Positions 63,954 through 64,000 of a stretch of DNA of 64,000 nucleotides are shown piece after piece. The notes beneath the pieces are model-generated. The model saw only the letters and a program-made list of their open reading frames with translations, did not search any database and was not told the origin of the DNA. Source of the DNA: Utricularia gibba (Eukaryota; Plantae; Magnoliophyta); assembly GCA_002189035.1 (NCBI GenBank), contig CM007989.1, positions 5,146,001 to 5,210,000 of the forward strand, in the 5' to 3' direction. The position numbers were made by a program, and so were the translations under genes. Every line of letters begins with the position of its first letter. Within the stretch, counting starts at the first letter, position 1.

Positions 63954-64000
63954 AGTTACTACCAATTTCATTCTAGTATGAATGAGTTTCTCCTTGGCTG

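Overview
AT-rich flowering-plant nuclear DNA (probably eudicot; species not determinable here) that is almost entirely a nest of decayed transposable elements around one small host-gene island. The only apparently intact host gene is a divergent two-exon PLATZ zinc-finger transcription factor (minus strand, 32586-33228). TE content: (1) a near-full-length but defective Athila-type Ty3/gypsy element (39079-48880, minus) with two LTRs, a tRNA-Asp PBS, a PPT and two extra ORFs between pol and the 3' LTR; (2) a second, internally deleted Athila-type element (about 15110-21830); (3) several Angela-type Ty1/copia pieces, including two gag copies joined head-to-head as a fold-back inverted repeat centred at 51251-51272; (4) a short-LTR copia scattered over about 13-28 kb; (5) a Mutator-like element (53745-57529) with a perfect 9-bp TSD; (6) seven solo LTRs with recognisable 5-bp TSDs plus one probable eighth. 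No intact autonomous element, rRNA, tRNA gene or CRISPR array was seen. I cannot demonstrate a new biological system. The best leads are the fold-back gag hairpin, recurrent breakpoints at a hairpin inside one LTR family, the two accessory ORFs of the Athila element, and the TE-flanked PLATZ gene. LTR family labels A-F are my own. All alignments and identities were estimated by eye. Boundaries supported by TSDs are exact; others may be off by tens of bp.
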